Shown: positions 1 through 11,459 of the stretch, one piece after another
Layout: every line of letters begins with the position of its first letter
Numbering within the stretch: position 1 is the stretch's first letter
NCBI GenBank assembly: GCA_965215885.1
Contig: CBDCEW010000095.1
Coordinates: 32,001-96,000 of the forward strand
Direction of reading: 5' to 3'
DNA length: 64,000 nucleotides
Origin: Candidatus Moanibacter sp.
GTDB lineage: Bacteria > Verrucomicrobiota > Verrucomicrobiia > Opitutales > UBA2987
Made by a program: the position numbers and the translations under genes
The notes under the pieces: model-generated
Databases searched by the model: none
What the model saw: only the letters and a program-made list of their open reading frames with translations
What the model was told of the DNA's origin: nothing

Positions 1-532
1 CACAGGGCAGACCATAGTTCTCCCTGTAGATTGTAACAAGATTCTGTGCGTAAGCTTTTGCCGCACCATAAGGGGTGACCAATTGAACCGGTGTCGTCTC
101 ATCCTGCATCGCCGCATCCGTCTTTCCGAAGACCTCGCAACTGGAGGCGAAGAAGAATTTCGCCGGCCCCTCCATAAGCCGATTCAACTCCAACATCTGC
201 AGGGTATAGGTCGCGTTGCTCTGAAGCGTCTGCTCGGGAAAATCAAAACTCAACCGCGGACTGCTCTGACCGGCTAAATGGTAGATCTCTTCCGGTTCAA
301 TCCGCATAACGATTCGCTCCAGTCGCATGTTGTCGAAGACCTCCATCCCATGGACAAAGAGCCGTTCCCCGTATATCTCCGGGTCATTGACAAGGTGCGC
401 CAGATTGCCGGTCTCCAGTGAACTCAGGTATCGCGTGATCCCATGTACCTCATACCCCTTTTCCAGAAGCAGATCACACAGATACGATCCATCCTGCCCC
501 GTGATCCCAGTAATTAATGCTCGTCTCGCCAT
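1..532 (-). CDS. gmd: GDP-mannose 4,6-dehydratase, 5' part (runs off the window edge)
   Basis: Minus-strand translation from ATG at 532 reads MARRALITGITGQDGSYLCDLLLEKGYEVHG..., the Gmd N-terminal signature; SSEV and PYGAAK motifs follow. Confidence 0.95.
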   Translation of the reverse strand, partial: MARRALITGITGQDGSYLCDLLLEKGYEVHGITRYLSSLETGNLAHLVNDPEIYGERLFVHGMEVFDNMRLERIVMRIEPEEIYHLAGQSSPRLSFDFPEQTLQSNATYTLQMLELNRLMEGPAKFFFASSCEVFGKTDAAMQDETTPVQLVTPYGAAKAYAQNLVTIYRENYGLPC

Positions 533-1055
533 AAGTTATGATGTTGTGCGGATCTCTTCATGCGTGGGCGCGTTAAATCGAAAATGTTGAGGAGGAAAAT
601 CTAAATTGGCGCCGAAATTTCCTTTGAAAGGTATCAGATCCAAAGTAGAGAAACCACGGATTGCACGGATGAAATGCAGTCGACAAGGTTCGCGACGAGG
701 TTTCCAAGGGAAGTAGGAGTTTCCTTCTCCATTCGCGTCCATCTGCGGTTCTCTTCTTCTTTTTTGGTTGCAGCTTCGCTGCGCTAGTCGATCCGTGGTC
801 TCTCTCCGTGTCTCCCCCTTTGCGTCTTTGCGTGAGAATTCTTTCCTTTTCGTCTTCCACTGTTTCCTTCTATTCACTTTTCTTCCCCATTCGTTGCCCT
901 TCATTCATTCGTTGCTAACTCCTACCTTTGGTTGCGGCTTTGCTGCGCTAGGTCCATTCACGTGCGTTCGTGTTTTCCCTCTCCCCTCTTTGTCCCGAAT
1001 TGCCGGGTTTCACTAATCACGCATCCTGCATCACTGGATACTTCCTTCCCCCACC

Positions 1056-1067
1056 CACGCTACCGCC
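1056..1067 (-). promoter_or_regulatory. ops element (RfaH recruitment site)
   Basis: Minus strand reads CCAGGGGCGGTAGCGTG (1072-1056), an exact match to GGCGGTAGnnTG. It lies in the leader between the RfaH-like gene and gmd, on the non-template strand. Confidence 0.8.
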
Positions 1068-1541
1068 CCTGGTCGCTCTCCGCCTCAAGCGAAGAAACCT
1101 TCTTTATTCCCTGCCGCACAACTCCTCTCTTCACGGCACTTTTGACTGTCACCCTGCCGTACGGCAGGGACTCCGTCCCTCTCAGCGGGACTACGACTGG
1201 TCACTAATCACTCTTCTACTGTTCACTTCTGAATTCCCCGCATCCCGTATCTCGCATCCCCCATCTCGTATCACTGCTCCATCCCCAAAAAGATTCCCGC
1301 CTGCCCTGAGCTAGTCGAAGGGCTTTAGCGCATTTTCGCGTATTTAGCGGGCATTCACTCTTCAACTCTGTCACTATGAAACTCTGTAGCTTTTTCACTG
1401 CTGAGAGAAACGAAGTCCCGGCTTGCCGGGGTTCACTGACTACCTCCCATCCCCATTCGTCGCCCTCCTTGGCTCGGCGTAGCATGCGTAGACGGCTCAT
1501 TCATTCGTTGCTAAACTCTTCCTCTTCCCTCAACCTGACCC

Positions 1542-2105
1542 TCACCCAACCGCCAGCAAGTCCATCCGTGGATCCCCTTTCTTCGGCAAAATCGACTCCA
1601 CCGGCATCTCCAACGCGAGTTGCCGGCCCAGAAAATCCAATAGCAGCGAAACCCGTTGCATAGCCGTCGATTCGCCGCTTACTACCGCCTCGAAGTTCAA
1701 GAAAGGCCCCGCCGTCACCACCACTTCGGTCCCTACGCCCAGCCACGGTTCGGGCGCTTCGCAAGTCTGACCTACGGCAGAGCCGAGCCGCGCTTTTAAT
1801 TCTTCCACGAATTCAGCCGGAATATCGCTTCCGTAACGCACCACCGATACCACACCGCCCATTGCCAGTAGATGCCGCATCGCCTCAAGAATCTCACAGC
1901 GCACAAAGATATAGCCCGGAAACATCGCTTCCGTAAAGCGCACCTTCCCTCTCCGTGTCATCTTATGATAACTCACCCGTGGACAATATACCTCCGCCTC
2001 CACCTGCGTTCGAATATTCGCGGCTGCTACATGCTCACGTTTCGACTCCGTGCGCAAACAGTACCACGCTGCTCTATCCCGCTCCCGACTCAGATCCACT
2101 ACCAT
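1542..2105 (-). CDS. RfaH/NusG-family transcription antiterminator
   Basis: WYCLRT...EAMFPGYIFV (NGN domain) and VVVTAGPF...RVSLLLDFLGRQ (KOW domain); located upstream of polysaccharide genes. Confidence 0.9.
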   Translation of the reverse strand: MVVDLSRERDRAAWYCLRTESKREHVAAANIRTQVEAEVYCPRVSYHKMTRRGKVRFTEAMFPGYIFVRCEILEAMRHLLAMGGVVSVVRYGSDIPAEFVEELKARLGSAVGQTCEAPEPWLGVGTEVVVTAGPFLNFEAVVSGESTAMQRVSLLLDFLGRQLALEMPVESILPKKGDPRMDLLAVG

Positions 2106-2107
2106 AT

Positions 2108-2617
2108 TCAGAACTTTATGAAAGAGGTTATCTTATCGATCAGGCCGCCGCCCATTTTATGCCAGTTTTCGAGTTTGTGAAGCCGACTCTCATAGTGCTC
2201 TATCTGCTCCTTGGAGATTTCCTCCAGTAAAGGCCTGATACTCTCCAACCGCTCAGTCGTGCTCTCCAAATGCGGGGAAACTTCCTCTCTGAAAAAGCCC
2301 GCCATCAGTTTGCGAAATTCCGTCTCCGCCATATAAAAATCCTTGCGCCTCCCAGGCATATATACCGGCTTTACCGCCCGAAATCCCCGCAACTGCTTCA
2401 AGCCCTGACTCGCCGTCCCTAAACTGATTCTCAGCTTCTCCATGATCTGATCCATCGACAACGGCTCCGGCGAAATATACAACAAGCCATAGATTTCCCC
2501 AATCGACTTCGGCAGCCCAATCAACTGCGCCGCCCGCACAAAGATATCAATCACTTCCGCCTCAATCTCCTCCAGGCTCTCAACCTCTAATGCCATTATT
2601 GCACTCTCTTCGGCCAT
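2108..2617 (-). CDS. GbsR/MarR-family HTH regulator
   Basis: GLPKSIGEIYGLLYISPEPLSMDQIMEKLRISLGTASQGLKQL...GRRKDFY; start placed at MAEES (2617). Confidence 0.85.
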   Translation of the reverse strand: MAEESAIMALEVESLEEIEAEVIDIFVRAAQLIGLPKSIGEIYGLLYISPEPLSMDQIMEKLRISLGTASQGLKQLRGFRAVKPVYMPGRRKDFYMAETEFRKLMAGFFREEVSPHLESTTERLESIRPLLEEISKEQIEHYESRLHKLENWHKMGGGLIDKITSFIKF

Positions 2618-3353
2618 TTTCTCCCCGGGGTTAATAATCAATTCGTAAATTTCAAGAAAAAATGAAATAATTGATTGTTTTAAATGCCATTGAACCCATT
2701 GAACCAAACGACCAATGAGCCAGAAAACAGGTTACAAAGAGGCACTGCGCAGCGAAGCCGCAATCGAATTGAGGGAAAGAGAGGAACCGCAGATGAACGC
2801 GAATGAAGAAGAATTGACCACGGATTCGAGAAAACCGCGGATTGAGCGGATAAGGAGAGGACAAAGATTCCGCAGTCGCAAGAAGGAGTATAGAGAATAT
2901 GAAAACGAGTGCAATTGCTCATGCCGCTGGGTGGAGGGCATTGAATCCAGGTTTTCCGGTCCCTTCGAGTTGGCCCCTAAAGATCGGTCTTTCCATCTCC
3001 TTTTTTCCGGCCTACCCGGATTCAATCCTCTTCTGCGCTTCCCTTTCTCCCAGATCCCTCCTGTCTCATCCGTGATTTTATCGAATCCGCGGGGTTTCCT
3101 TCTATATCTGAGTCCATTTGCGTGAATCTGCGGTTCTCTTCTTCTTTTTCGGTTGCGACCCTACTGCGCTAGGCTTCCTTGGCACGCAATGGCCCCCGTC
3201 CGAGCAACGGCGGCTCAGTGGTGCTCTGTGTCGAAGATTCTGCTTTGCAGGAGCCCCTCTTCTGCCCAAGTTCCCACAGTTTCGGCGGCCCAACTCTTTT
3301 GGTTGCAGCCCAAGGCCTCTCTGAAATACTAATACTCCTTCTTTCCTGAAATC

Positions 3354-4772
3354 ATGATCGATAGTCGCAGACGGGGCCTGCTCACCCTGCAGGCGGTGGT
3401 GGTGCTCATCTTCATGCCGCTCTGGTTCTCATTCAACGTCCTCATGGCGGTGGAAGTCTTCCGCAAAATGGCATATGCGCAGGTGAATCTCCCTCTTTAC
3501 ATTTTTGGCATAGCCGCGGCCAGTCTGATTTCCCTCAACTACAACTATCAGACTATCCCTCACGGCACCGAGCGCTACCGGTGGGTTTCGGCGGTCAAGC
3601 GGACTAATGCAGACATCATTATTCTGGCGTTAGTTTTCTTTTCCATCGTATTTGCCACCAAGGACAAAGCGATCAGCCGCCTCTTCCTCGGAGTCCACCT
3701 CGTGTCGACCTGGGGCATGCTCCTCTTTTTCAACCGCTACCTGCCCGGATGGTTGTCCTCAATCGCTTTTCGTGGAAGCAACACCATCAACACCTTGCTC
3801 GTGGGAAGCCCCAGAGCGGCCCGCCGGCTGGAAGACTGGATCCTTACGCGCCCTCCCCTCGGAATGAAGGTAATCGGAATGGTCTGCTACGACGAAGACG
3901 AACAGGAAGATGTCCCACTCCCCATTATCGGCTACATCTCCGATTTCGACAACATTCTGAGTGAGAATGAAATTTATCAGGTGATTCTCCTCGAGGTGCG
4001 GAAATCGAAGGCATGGGTGAACTACGTTGTCGACACCTGCTACCGGGAAGGCTGCCGGGTGCTAATCCTCAACAACTGGGAGGAGTATATTGACCAGCCA
4101 CTAACCGCGGTGACTGAGGGCAACCACACCTTCTTTACTTTGCAGGCGGAGCCGTTGGAGAATCCCCTCAACCGGCTTGTCAAACGCACCACAGATGTCT
4201 GTGTATCGCTGCCCATAGTCCTTTTCATCCTCCCGCCTTTGTGCCTCCTCGTGAAGTTGATGCAATGGAAACAGGCTCCCGGACCCCTCTTCTTTCGACA
4301 GAAACGCACCGGACACCAGAAGCGGGAATTCACTATCCTGAAATTCCGCACCATGCGCCCCCCGAGTGAATCCAAACCTCCATTTGAAGCCAAACAAGCG
4401 AGTATAGAGGATGAGCGCATCTTCGCCTTTGGACAGTTTCTCCGCCGCAAGAGCCTCGACGAGTTTCCGCAGTTCATCAATGTGCTTCTCGGAAACATGA
4501 GCGTCGTCGGTCCGAGACCCCACCTGTCGGCTCACGATGAACACTTCAAACGCCTCGTCGAAATTTACCGAACCCGACACTTCGTCAAACCGGGAATTAC
4601 GGGGCTAGCGCAATGCCGGGGATTCCGTGGGGAGATCAACGATGTCGATCAAATCCGCGAACGCGTCCGCCTCGATATCGAATACATCAACAACTGGTCG
4701 ATCTGGCTCGACCTCGGCCTCATCGTGAGAACCTTCAACCAGATCTTCTTCCCCCCGAAATCCGCCTACTGA
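3354..4772 (+). CDS. Polyprenyl-phosphate sugar phosphotransferase (WcaJ-like priming glycosyltransferase)
   Basis: N-terminal TM helices; KFRTM, SLDEFPQFINVLLGNMSVVGPRPH and VKPGITGLAQ motifs. Confidence 0.93.
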   Translation: MIDSRRRGLLTLQAVVVLIFMPLWFSFNVLMAVEVFRKMAYAQVNLPLYIFGIAAASLISLNYNYQTIPHGTERYRWVSAVKRTNADIIILALVFFSIVFATKDKAISRLFLGVHLVSTWGMLLFFNRYLPGWLSSIAFRGSNTINTLLVGSPRAARRLEDWILTRPPLGMKVIGMVCYDEDEQEDVPLPIIGYISDFDNILSENEIYQVILLEVRKSKAWVNYVVDTCYREGCRVLILNNWEEYIDQPLTAVTEGNHTFFTLQAEPLENPLNRLVKRTTDVCVSLPIVLFILPPLCLLVKLMQWKQAPGPLFFRQKRTGHQKREFTILKFRTMRPPSESKPPFEAKQASIEDERIFAFGQFLRRKSLDEFPQFINVLLGNMSVVGPRPHLSAHDEHFKRLVEIYRTRHFVKPGITGLAQCRGFRGEINDVDQIRERVRLDIEYINNWSIWLDLGLIVRTFNQIFFPPKSAY

Positions 4773-4876
4773 AACACAAGTCCTGGACTTGGAACTCATG
4801 TCTTTATGGCACGATATTCGTTCCTGGATTCAGAGATAAGACCTGAAATCATAGTCTGATTAAGACAAGACTCGAA

Positions 4877-6070
4877 ATGTTTACCGCAAGAGTGAGAAAA
4901 CCTCTACTACTTTCGGGAGTGATCTCTGCCAGCTTTCTGCTCTCCCTAGCCCTTGCCGAGGGTCTCGCTCGCCTTTTTCTTAGTCCACCTCAGAGAACCC
5001 GCGTCCAAAATAAAGCTCCCCCACCGGGCCACGACATCGATTCTTCAACGAATCAGATCGACCAGCAAGAGTCTTCAAGACTATTTGTCCAAACCCAGAC
5101 CGGACTCCGCCTTCGTCCAAACACTAAAGTGACTGTATCCCACTCAGATCTAAGCAAGCTGGATTTTACAATCGAAACGAACGCCCTTGGCTACCGCAAC
5201 CGGGAGATATCATATGAGAAGACCATTCCCCGGTACCTTTTTCTAGGCGACTCAATAACTCTGGGCGCCTACCTTCCAGAGAACGATACATTCGTCAGAC
5301 GAATCGAATCTCTTGCGCAACGGGAAGCTCATCCCATCGACGCAATTAACGCCGGCGTATCTGGTATTGGGGTCTCTGATTATCTCAACATTCTGCGCGA
5401 GACTGGATTGACCGTCGACCCAAACGTAGTCGTCATCAATTTCTACCTAAATGACCATCGACCTTCGATGACGGTCAGTCAAATCCAACTACCTCGCCCC
5501 TTTAGCTCGAGCTATTTTCTAAGCCATTTGGCTCGCTTTACTTCCGTCGCATATACGCGGGTGCAAATCGGACACGATCCCGTTTCAGCCGTACTTCCCG
5601 GTCAACTCAAACTGAAGAGGTTTTCCAATGAAATCGCCGCACATTTCCCAGGAGAAGCGGGCGACTATCGGCACAGTAAGAAAGCCTTTAATACGCTTAT
5701 CCTTGAGAATGTTTTCGACTGGGGTGGTTCGTGGAGCAATTCCGCATGGAACGATATCGAGCCCTATTTCGGAAAATTCAGTGAGCTTTCAAATCTGTAT
5801 GGCTTTGACCTTCTTCTGATTGTATTCCCAGTCAGTTTCCAGGCTGAAGCTGAGTTTCTTTATGACCAACCTCAAGAGCGGATCCAGGCAATCGCGCAGA
5901 AGTATGGCATTTCTACATTGGATCTCCTCCCCTTGTTTCGGCAGTCGTTCAAGCAGAACGGAGGAGGCCTTTTTTACGATCATTGCCACCACACGCCATA
6001 CGGAAACCGTCTCCTCGCGGAATGGATCTGGCGGTTCCTACGGGAGCATACAACCAACTTCAAGGGTTGA
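4877..6070 (+). CDS. SGNH/GDSL hydrolase-family membrane-anchored protein
   Basis: N-terminal TM; LGDSITLG, INAGVSG, ND and DHCHHTPYGN blocks. Confidence 0.85.
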   Translation: MFTARVRKPLLLSGVISASFLLSLALAEGLARLFLSPPQRTRVQNKAPPPGHDIDSSTNQIDQQESSRLFVQTQTGLRLRPNTKVTVSHSDLSKLDFTIETNALGYRNREISYEKTIPRYLFLGDSITLGAYLPENDTFVRRIESLAQREAHPIDAINAGVSGIGVSDYLNILRETGLTVDPNVVVINFYLNDHRPSMTVSQIQLPRPFSSSYFLSHLARFTSVAYTRVQIGHDPVSAVLPGQLKLKRFSNEIAAHFPGEAGDYRHSKKAFNTLILENVFDWGGSWSNSAWNDIEPYFGKFSELSNLYGFDLLLIVFPVSFQAEAEFLYDQPQERIQAIAQKYGISTLDLLPLFRQSFKQNGGGLFYDHCHHTPYGNRLLAEWIWRFLREHTTNFKG

Positions 6071-6646
6071 CAGATTCTATAGGGATTACGCGAAAAAGTG
6101 AAACAAGCCGGGAACGACCCCTAATTCATTGCTGGCATGTGCCCATCATGGCGCTCCGATCATTCGTTTCAGCACTCGGAAGTCCTGCATCAGCCAACTG
6201 AATATCTTTAACTGCCGAATGAAAAGAAACAGAAAATTACACTCCAATCATCCTGTCAACGCCCCACTCCCCTTCCCTCAAACTTCGCAGCAGAGACCAC
6301 GGATTACATTGATGGTAGCATCTTTTGATTCGAGTTTGAAACGACGAAGTCTGAGACGAAGCTCTAACGATCCAAAACCACCCTTCAAACATCGTAGTCC
6401 GTGCGCCCCACATCTCGCATCACTGAACACTCCCCATTCGGTGCCCTTCATTCATTCGTTGCTAAACCCTTCCCTCTTCCAGCCTTCCGTTATTCCGCCA
6501 AAAGTTCCCCCACTTTCGCGCTTTTTAGCGTACACCGTCCGTAGCTTTTACATCCTCTGAAGCTTTGCCGTACGGCAGAGAGGAAGCGCAGGAGGGGGCA
6601 TCCACTCTTTAACTTCAGATCTCACTATATTGCCCCTCTAAAGGCA

Positions 6647-8872
6647 CTATGCAATCGCAAGTTTAAATCCCGATTTTTTGCCCAGTCGGAAGATGATTCT
6701 TCGGCCTGAACCGTCGGGCATCAGTAAGGGCTTCTCATTGAGAGTTTGCAGATACTCAAGCACCACCGCCTGCACCCGAGGGGGATAAGTTGCGGTGGGG
6801 AATAAATGCGCTTCGACCGCACAGCCCCTCTCTATAAGAACGCCGTCACTGTGAGTCAAATTGCGAAACAGATCGTGGTCGTCACGATAGTTGTTGTAGC
6901 GAGCTTTAAAGGGTTCGAGCTGCTTGTAGAAGCTGTTACGGGCGAAGATTTTCAAGGCATCCATGAGGGACTTGTTAGCGGTGTCCAGGCGGACATAGTT
7001 TTCATCAATGAGGCGCTGCAGCCTCGAGCATTCGGTGTCGATTTGCTCCAGTTCGAGTTGGAGGGCTTTGAGGGCCTGATCGAGTCGACGGATCTTTTCG
7101 CCCCTTGAGGCGCTTTTGCCCGGGTGGGCATGCTCGGCCAGGAGCAGTCTTTTCAATTCTTCGGTGCATTGCTGTTTTTGCTTCAGGAGGGCTTTGGCGG
7201 CACCGCTTTTCTCCTGCTTGTCCTCAAGGTGTTGGGCTAATCGCTTGTAGTGGACGGTGCGATAAGAGGTGATCTGATTAATCCCAAAGTGCTTATCGAG
7301 GTATTTGAAGTCATTCTCCTGAATCCAGCGACTGAACATCCCTTTGATTACCTCTTCATTTCGGGCCTGCTGATCGGTCGCCAGGATGCTCACGGTAATG
7401 GTTCGATTTTTTGGATTGGTCGCCTCCACGATCCACTGCACCAGTTGAGGATTTTTCTTCCAGGGGCCCCGCTGATAGCGAAGATGATACTCCTGGAGAT
7501 CTTCGGCATGGTTGCGCGCGCGCTGCAGGCGCAACTGCCCGTCGATCCGTTGGAGGGGCTGGGCGCTGGCCTTGTAACCTTTTTCCCAGGTAATGATTTC
7601 GAGTTGAGGATGCTCCACGATGGCTTCGTAAAACCACTCCGCGGCGATCGCCCGGTCCACGTAAATGCTCACCTTCTTATCAGCCGGCAACTGCACCAGC
7701 TCGAGCATCGCTTCGCAGTTGGGGATAAACCGTTCCCTTATATCCTCATAGTTGTCGGTACTCGCAAAATAGATCGGATAGCCCTTGAGGGTATGAATAA
7801 AATCGCTGTGGAGCGCTTTGTCGGCCAGACGGATACCCGGACACCATCCCGCCAGCACCTTGCTCATTCCGGTGTAATGTTTGGTGTGCGGATCATAATA
7901 AAAGCTCTCTTCATCCGAAGCATTCAGGCCCCTCGCGTTCACTCTGAGGATCTCTCTTAAAAGCCCTTCATCGGCCAGGGCGCTAAGGCTTTGGCGTTGC
8001 AGATAGGGGGTATACAGGACTCGCCCGATGAGTTTTTGCAGGTCTTCGAGATCGAGCAGTTTGCTCTGCTCGATATTGACCGCGGCCAACAACCCGCAAG
8101 CCACCCATTGTTTCAAAAGCCAGCCCTCTTCGCGATCAATCTGAGCGACTTCTCTGAGCGCGGCACTGAACAGAAGTACTCCCAGGTGCCGATACCATTG
8201 CACCGCTTCGGAGCTCTCCCTCGAAAAATCGGGAGACTCCTTGCGATTGTCCCCTTCGCTTTCGGGGCTATTTTCTGCTTCTTGCTCCTGTTCGTCCCTC
8301 CCCGAGTCCTCCGGGCAATCCCAGGGAGTCTCCCGATTTTGCGCCCTCTCGGCTTCGGCCTCCTTTGCCCGGGCCTCTTTAAGCTCCTTAAAGACAGGGC
8401 GCAAAGTTTCCCCACTGAGGTTAACTCCGAACACCTCCTCGATCTCCCCCCGTATCTTCTTGCTGTAGCCATACCGACTCTCCCCATAGATCTGCCCGAA
8501 GCGCACCCGCCCAAAACTCCGGATTTCCCTCGTCAATTTGCGATGAGCGCTGCGTCCCGCCAGCACTCGCGCTAAGGTCTCGGCATCTCCGCTTTGAAGC
8601 GCCTCCCCCCACCGCTTCATCGTTTTGGGGTCAACCTCAAATTGCTTCTCTAAGCGCCCTTTCTTCAACCCCGCATTGTAGAGGCGCCCCGCCAATAGCT
8701 TGAATTCAACTTGCTCCCGATCGTCCTCTACGACTTCAAAAAGCTCATGCCCGTAATAGACGTGCAGTTTGCCTTCGCTCAGATCCCGATAGACCGTGAT
8801 CGAGGGATTACCCTTGTCCACTCCAAGGATGCACTGTAAGAAGGTCTCTTCTTTGACGGTAGGTTTCTCCAT
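6647..8872 (-). mobile_element. Putative DDE transposase (741 aa, family uncertain)
   Basis: N-terminal HTH-like segment; YYDPH..Y, VDRA and RWIQENDFKY DDE-like motifs. Element ends not identified. Confidence 0.7.
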
Positions 8873-8925
8873 TTTTCTTCGAATTTGATGGTTCGAAGAT
8901 GAAGCCTACCGTTTTCTTTAGCTCT

Positions 8926-9021
8926 TAAAGATCCTCGGGGCAAGCCCCGAGGCATTTGATATTAGACTTTATGAATTAGAAACGAAGCAAGCTTCGGGGA
9001 ATTAAACCCGAAGCGATTAAA
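8926..9021 (+). mobile_element. 96-bp palindromic element, copy 1 (IS200/IS605-end-like, PATE-like)
   Basis: Contains hairpin CCTCGGGGCAAGCCCCGAGG; identical inverted copy at 34854-34949. Confidence 0.7.
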
Positions 9022-9328
9022 AGCCGGGAATTGTATCTGCGATTGCCCCCTGCCCGCCAACCCGCATGATAGCGAGTTCTGAACTTTGCAACTCACTGTC
9101 CGCTGCTGAGAGAAACGAAGTCCCGGCTTGCCGGGGTTCACTCTTCACTACTGATCTCGCATCCCCGTCGAAACGAAGTGAAGACCCTGAGCTCTGCATG
9201 CCACGGCGGAGCGGAGACGGGTCGAAGGGCATCCCGCATCACTGACCCCTCCTTATTCGTTGCTCACTCTCCCCTTTTACTCCCCCCCCACTCCAGCCTT
9301 CCAACACTCCAGCACGCCATTCTTGAAT

Positions 9329-10441
9329 ATGCCTCATACCAGCAACGCTACCCCCATCGGCCTCATCGGCTGCGGCAAGATCAGCCCGGCATACTTAAAG
9401 TGTTGCCGTGAATTCGATCAGATCGAGATCGTCGCATGCGCCGACCTCAACCCTGAAGCTGCCCAGGCTCTCGCCACCGAATACTCGATTCCGCGAGTCT
9501 GCTCCGTCGAGGAGATTCTCAACGACGGCGAAATTGAGATCATTCTCAATCTGACAGTCCCCGCCGCTCATACCGAAGTCAATCGGATGGCCCTCGAACA
9601 CGGCAAACACGCCTACTGCGAAAAGCCTTTCGGCCTCGATCGGGACGAAGCTCGCGCCGTCCTCGATCTTGCGAAAGAGAAGAATCTCCGCGTTGGATGC
9701 GCGCCCGATACAGTCTACGGTCCCGGTATCCAGACCTGCCGAAACCTTATCGACGCCGGAGCGATTGGGGAACCGACCGCCGCTGTCGCCTTCTGCTGCG
9801 GTGGAGGGCACGAATCCTGGCACCCAAACCCCTCATTCTATTATCAAAAAGGCGGCGGGCCCCTCTTCGATATGGGGCCCTACTATCTCACCGCTCTCGC
9901 CGTCCTCATGGGTCCGGCCGCCTCGGTCTCAGCTATGACCAAAATCACCTTCCCGCAACGTGTCGCCACCTGCGAGGAGCAACGTGGTCTCGTCATCAAA
10001 GTTGAGGTTCCCACTCATCTCACCGGAACCATCGCCTACGAGAATGGCGTTCTCGCAACAACCGCCTTCAGCTTCGATACGAAAGGGGGAACCCAACTCC
10101 CCCGCATCGAGATTTACGGAACGGAGGCCTCCCTTTCCGTTCCCGACCCCAACCGATTCGACGGTCCCGTTTCCCTCAAGGAAAAGGGAGCCGCCGAATG
10201 GAAGGAAATCCCACACACACACAAGCATTACATCGGCCGTGGGCTCGGACTCGCCGACATGGCCTCCGCCATCCGCTCCGGACGCCCTCACCGTGCTTCC
10301 GGAGACCTCGCCTTTCACGTCCTCGACATCATGCTGGCCTTCCACGAATCCGCTGAGTTGAAACAGACAGTTTCACTCCAATCATCCTGTCAACGCCCCG
10401 CTCCACTGCCCACGGATCTTCCGCCGGGAAAGATCGACTGA
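9329..10441 (+). CDS. Gfo/Idh/MocA oxidoreductase
   Basis: IGLIGCGKIS Rossmann motif, CEKP, GGGPLFDMGPYY. Confidence 0.93.
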   Translation: MPHTSNATPIGLIGCGKISPAYLKCCREFDQIEIVACADLNPEAAQALATEYSIPRVCSVEEILNDGEIEIILNLTVPAAHTEVNRMALEHGKHAYCEKPFGLDRDEARAVLDLAKEKNLRVGCAPDTVYGPGIQTCRNLIDAGAIGEPTAAVAFCCGGGHESWHPNPSFYYQKGGGPLFDMGPYYLTALAVLMGPAASVSAMTKITFPQRVATCEEQRGLVIKVEVPTHLTGTIAYENGVLATTAFSFDTKGGTQLPRIEIYGTEASLSVPDPNRFDGPVSLKEKGAAEWKEIPHTHKHYIGRGLGLADMASAIRSGRPHRASGDLAFHVLDIMLAFHESAELKQTVSLQSSCQRPAPLPTDLPPGKID

Positions 10442-10762
10442 GAAGGCGCTCAAAACACACCGTTAGGGAGAGGACTGAATCCCGGCAGGCCGGGAGCAAC
10501 GAAGAGAAATAAGAGAGGAGGAGTGGGATGGCTACTGCATCGGTGGGCTACAACTTTGTGAATTCTCATCTTCTCTTTTCCTCTTTCTCCCATTGCCCTC
10601 TCTACTTTTCCCTTGAAAAACCTCCGATTCTGTCCGATCTTATTCTCCACACCGTTCTTTGACTTTCAAATCCGCAAACGCTCCATTCCTCTCGGAGAGC
10701 TTTAAGCATCTCCGAACCTCGTCGGCGTTCTCGGACCTGAAAGGGGACCTTTCAGGTCCACT

Positions 10763-11037
10763 CTAAATTTCATTAGAGGATCTGTTTTGCGGGCTGGTTG
10801 ATGAATGAAAAATTGCGAGAAGGATTCTAGAACTTCGGGGTCATGACCTTAAGAAGTTGCTATTTTTCCGCTTCGCAATGGGGTCAGGCCTTGCAAACCA
10901 CCCTCCGACGAGCTCCGGGCAATTTGCTAAGGCGACTGACCCCGAAAAATATCAGCTTCTAAGGCTTGACCCCTTATCCGGACAAGATCGACTACCTTCC
11001 TAGTCAGCCCGCAAAACAGATCCTATAATGAAATTTA

Positions 11038-11038
<1 letters not shown>
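10763..11038. repeat. 34-bp inverted repeat (10763-10796 / 11005-11038) enclosing nested GGGGTCA/TGACCCC palindromes
   Basis: The two arms are reverse complements with one mismatch. Confidence 0.85.
11001..11029 (+). promoter_or_regulatory. Probable sigma70 promoter of ssrA
   Basis: TAGTCA-N17-TATAAT, 8 nt upstream of the tmRNA 5' end. Confidence 0.55.
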
Positions 11039-11394
<356 letters not shown>

Positions 11395-11459
11395 TTAGGC
11401 TAGTATTTATGCGGGTATGGCTTAAATTTGCAGAATTAAATCTGCAAATTTCAAAAGTC

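Noticed and set aside
1682..1689. Additional ops-like GGCGGTAG (also at ~53661)
   Set aside because: They lie inside the RfaH CDS or the IS1380 and lack the downstream TG.
536..3324. Short ORFs in the gmd-rfaH and regulator-wcaJ intergenic regions
   Set aside because: They are translations of low-complexity repeat DNA with no recognisable motifs.
1152..6577. Palindrome TGCCGTACGGCA (within 1152-1169 and at 6566-6577) as an operator for the GbsR-like regulator
   Set aside because: Only two copies, neither clearly at a promoter; cannot be distinguished from the dispersed repeats.
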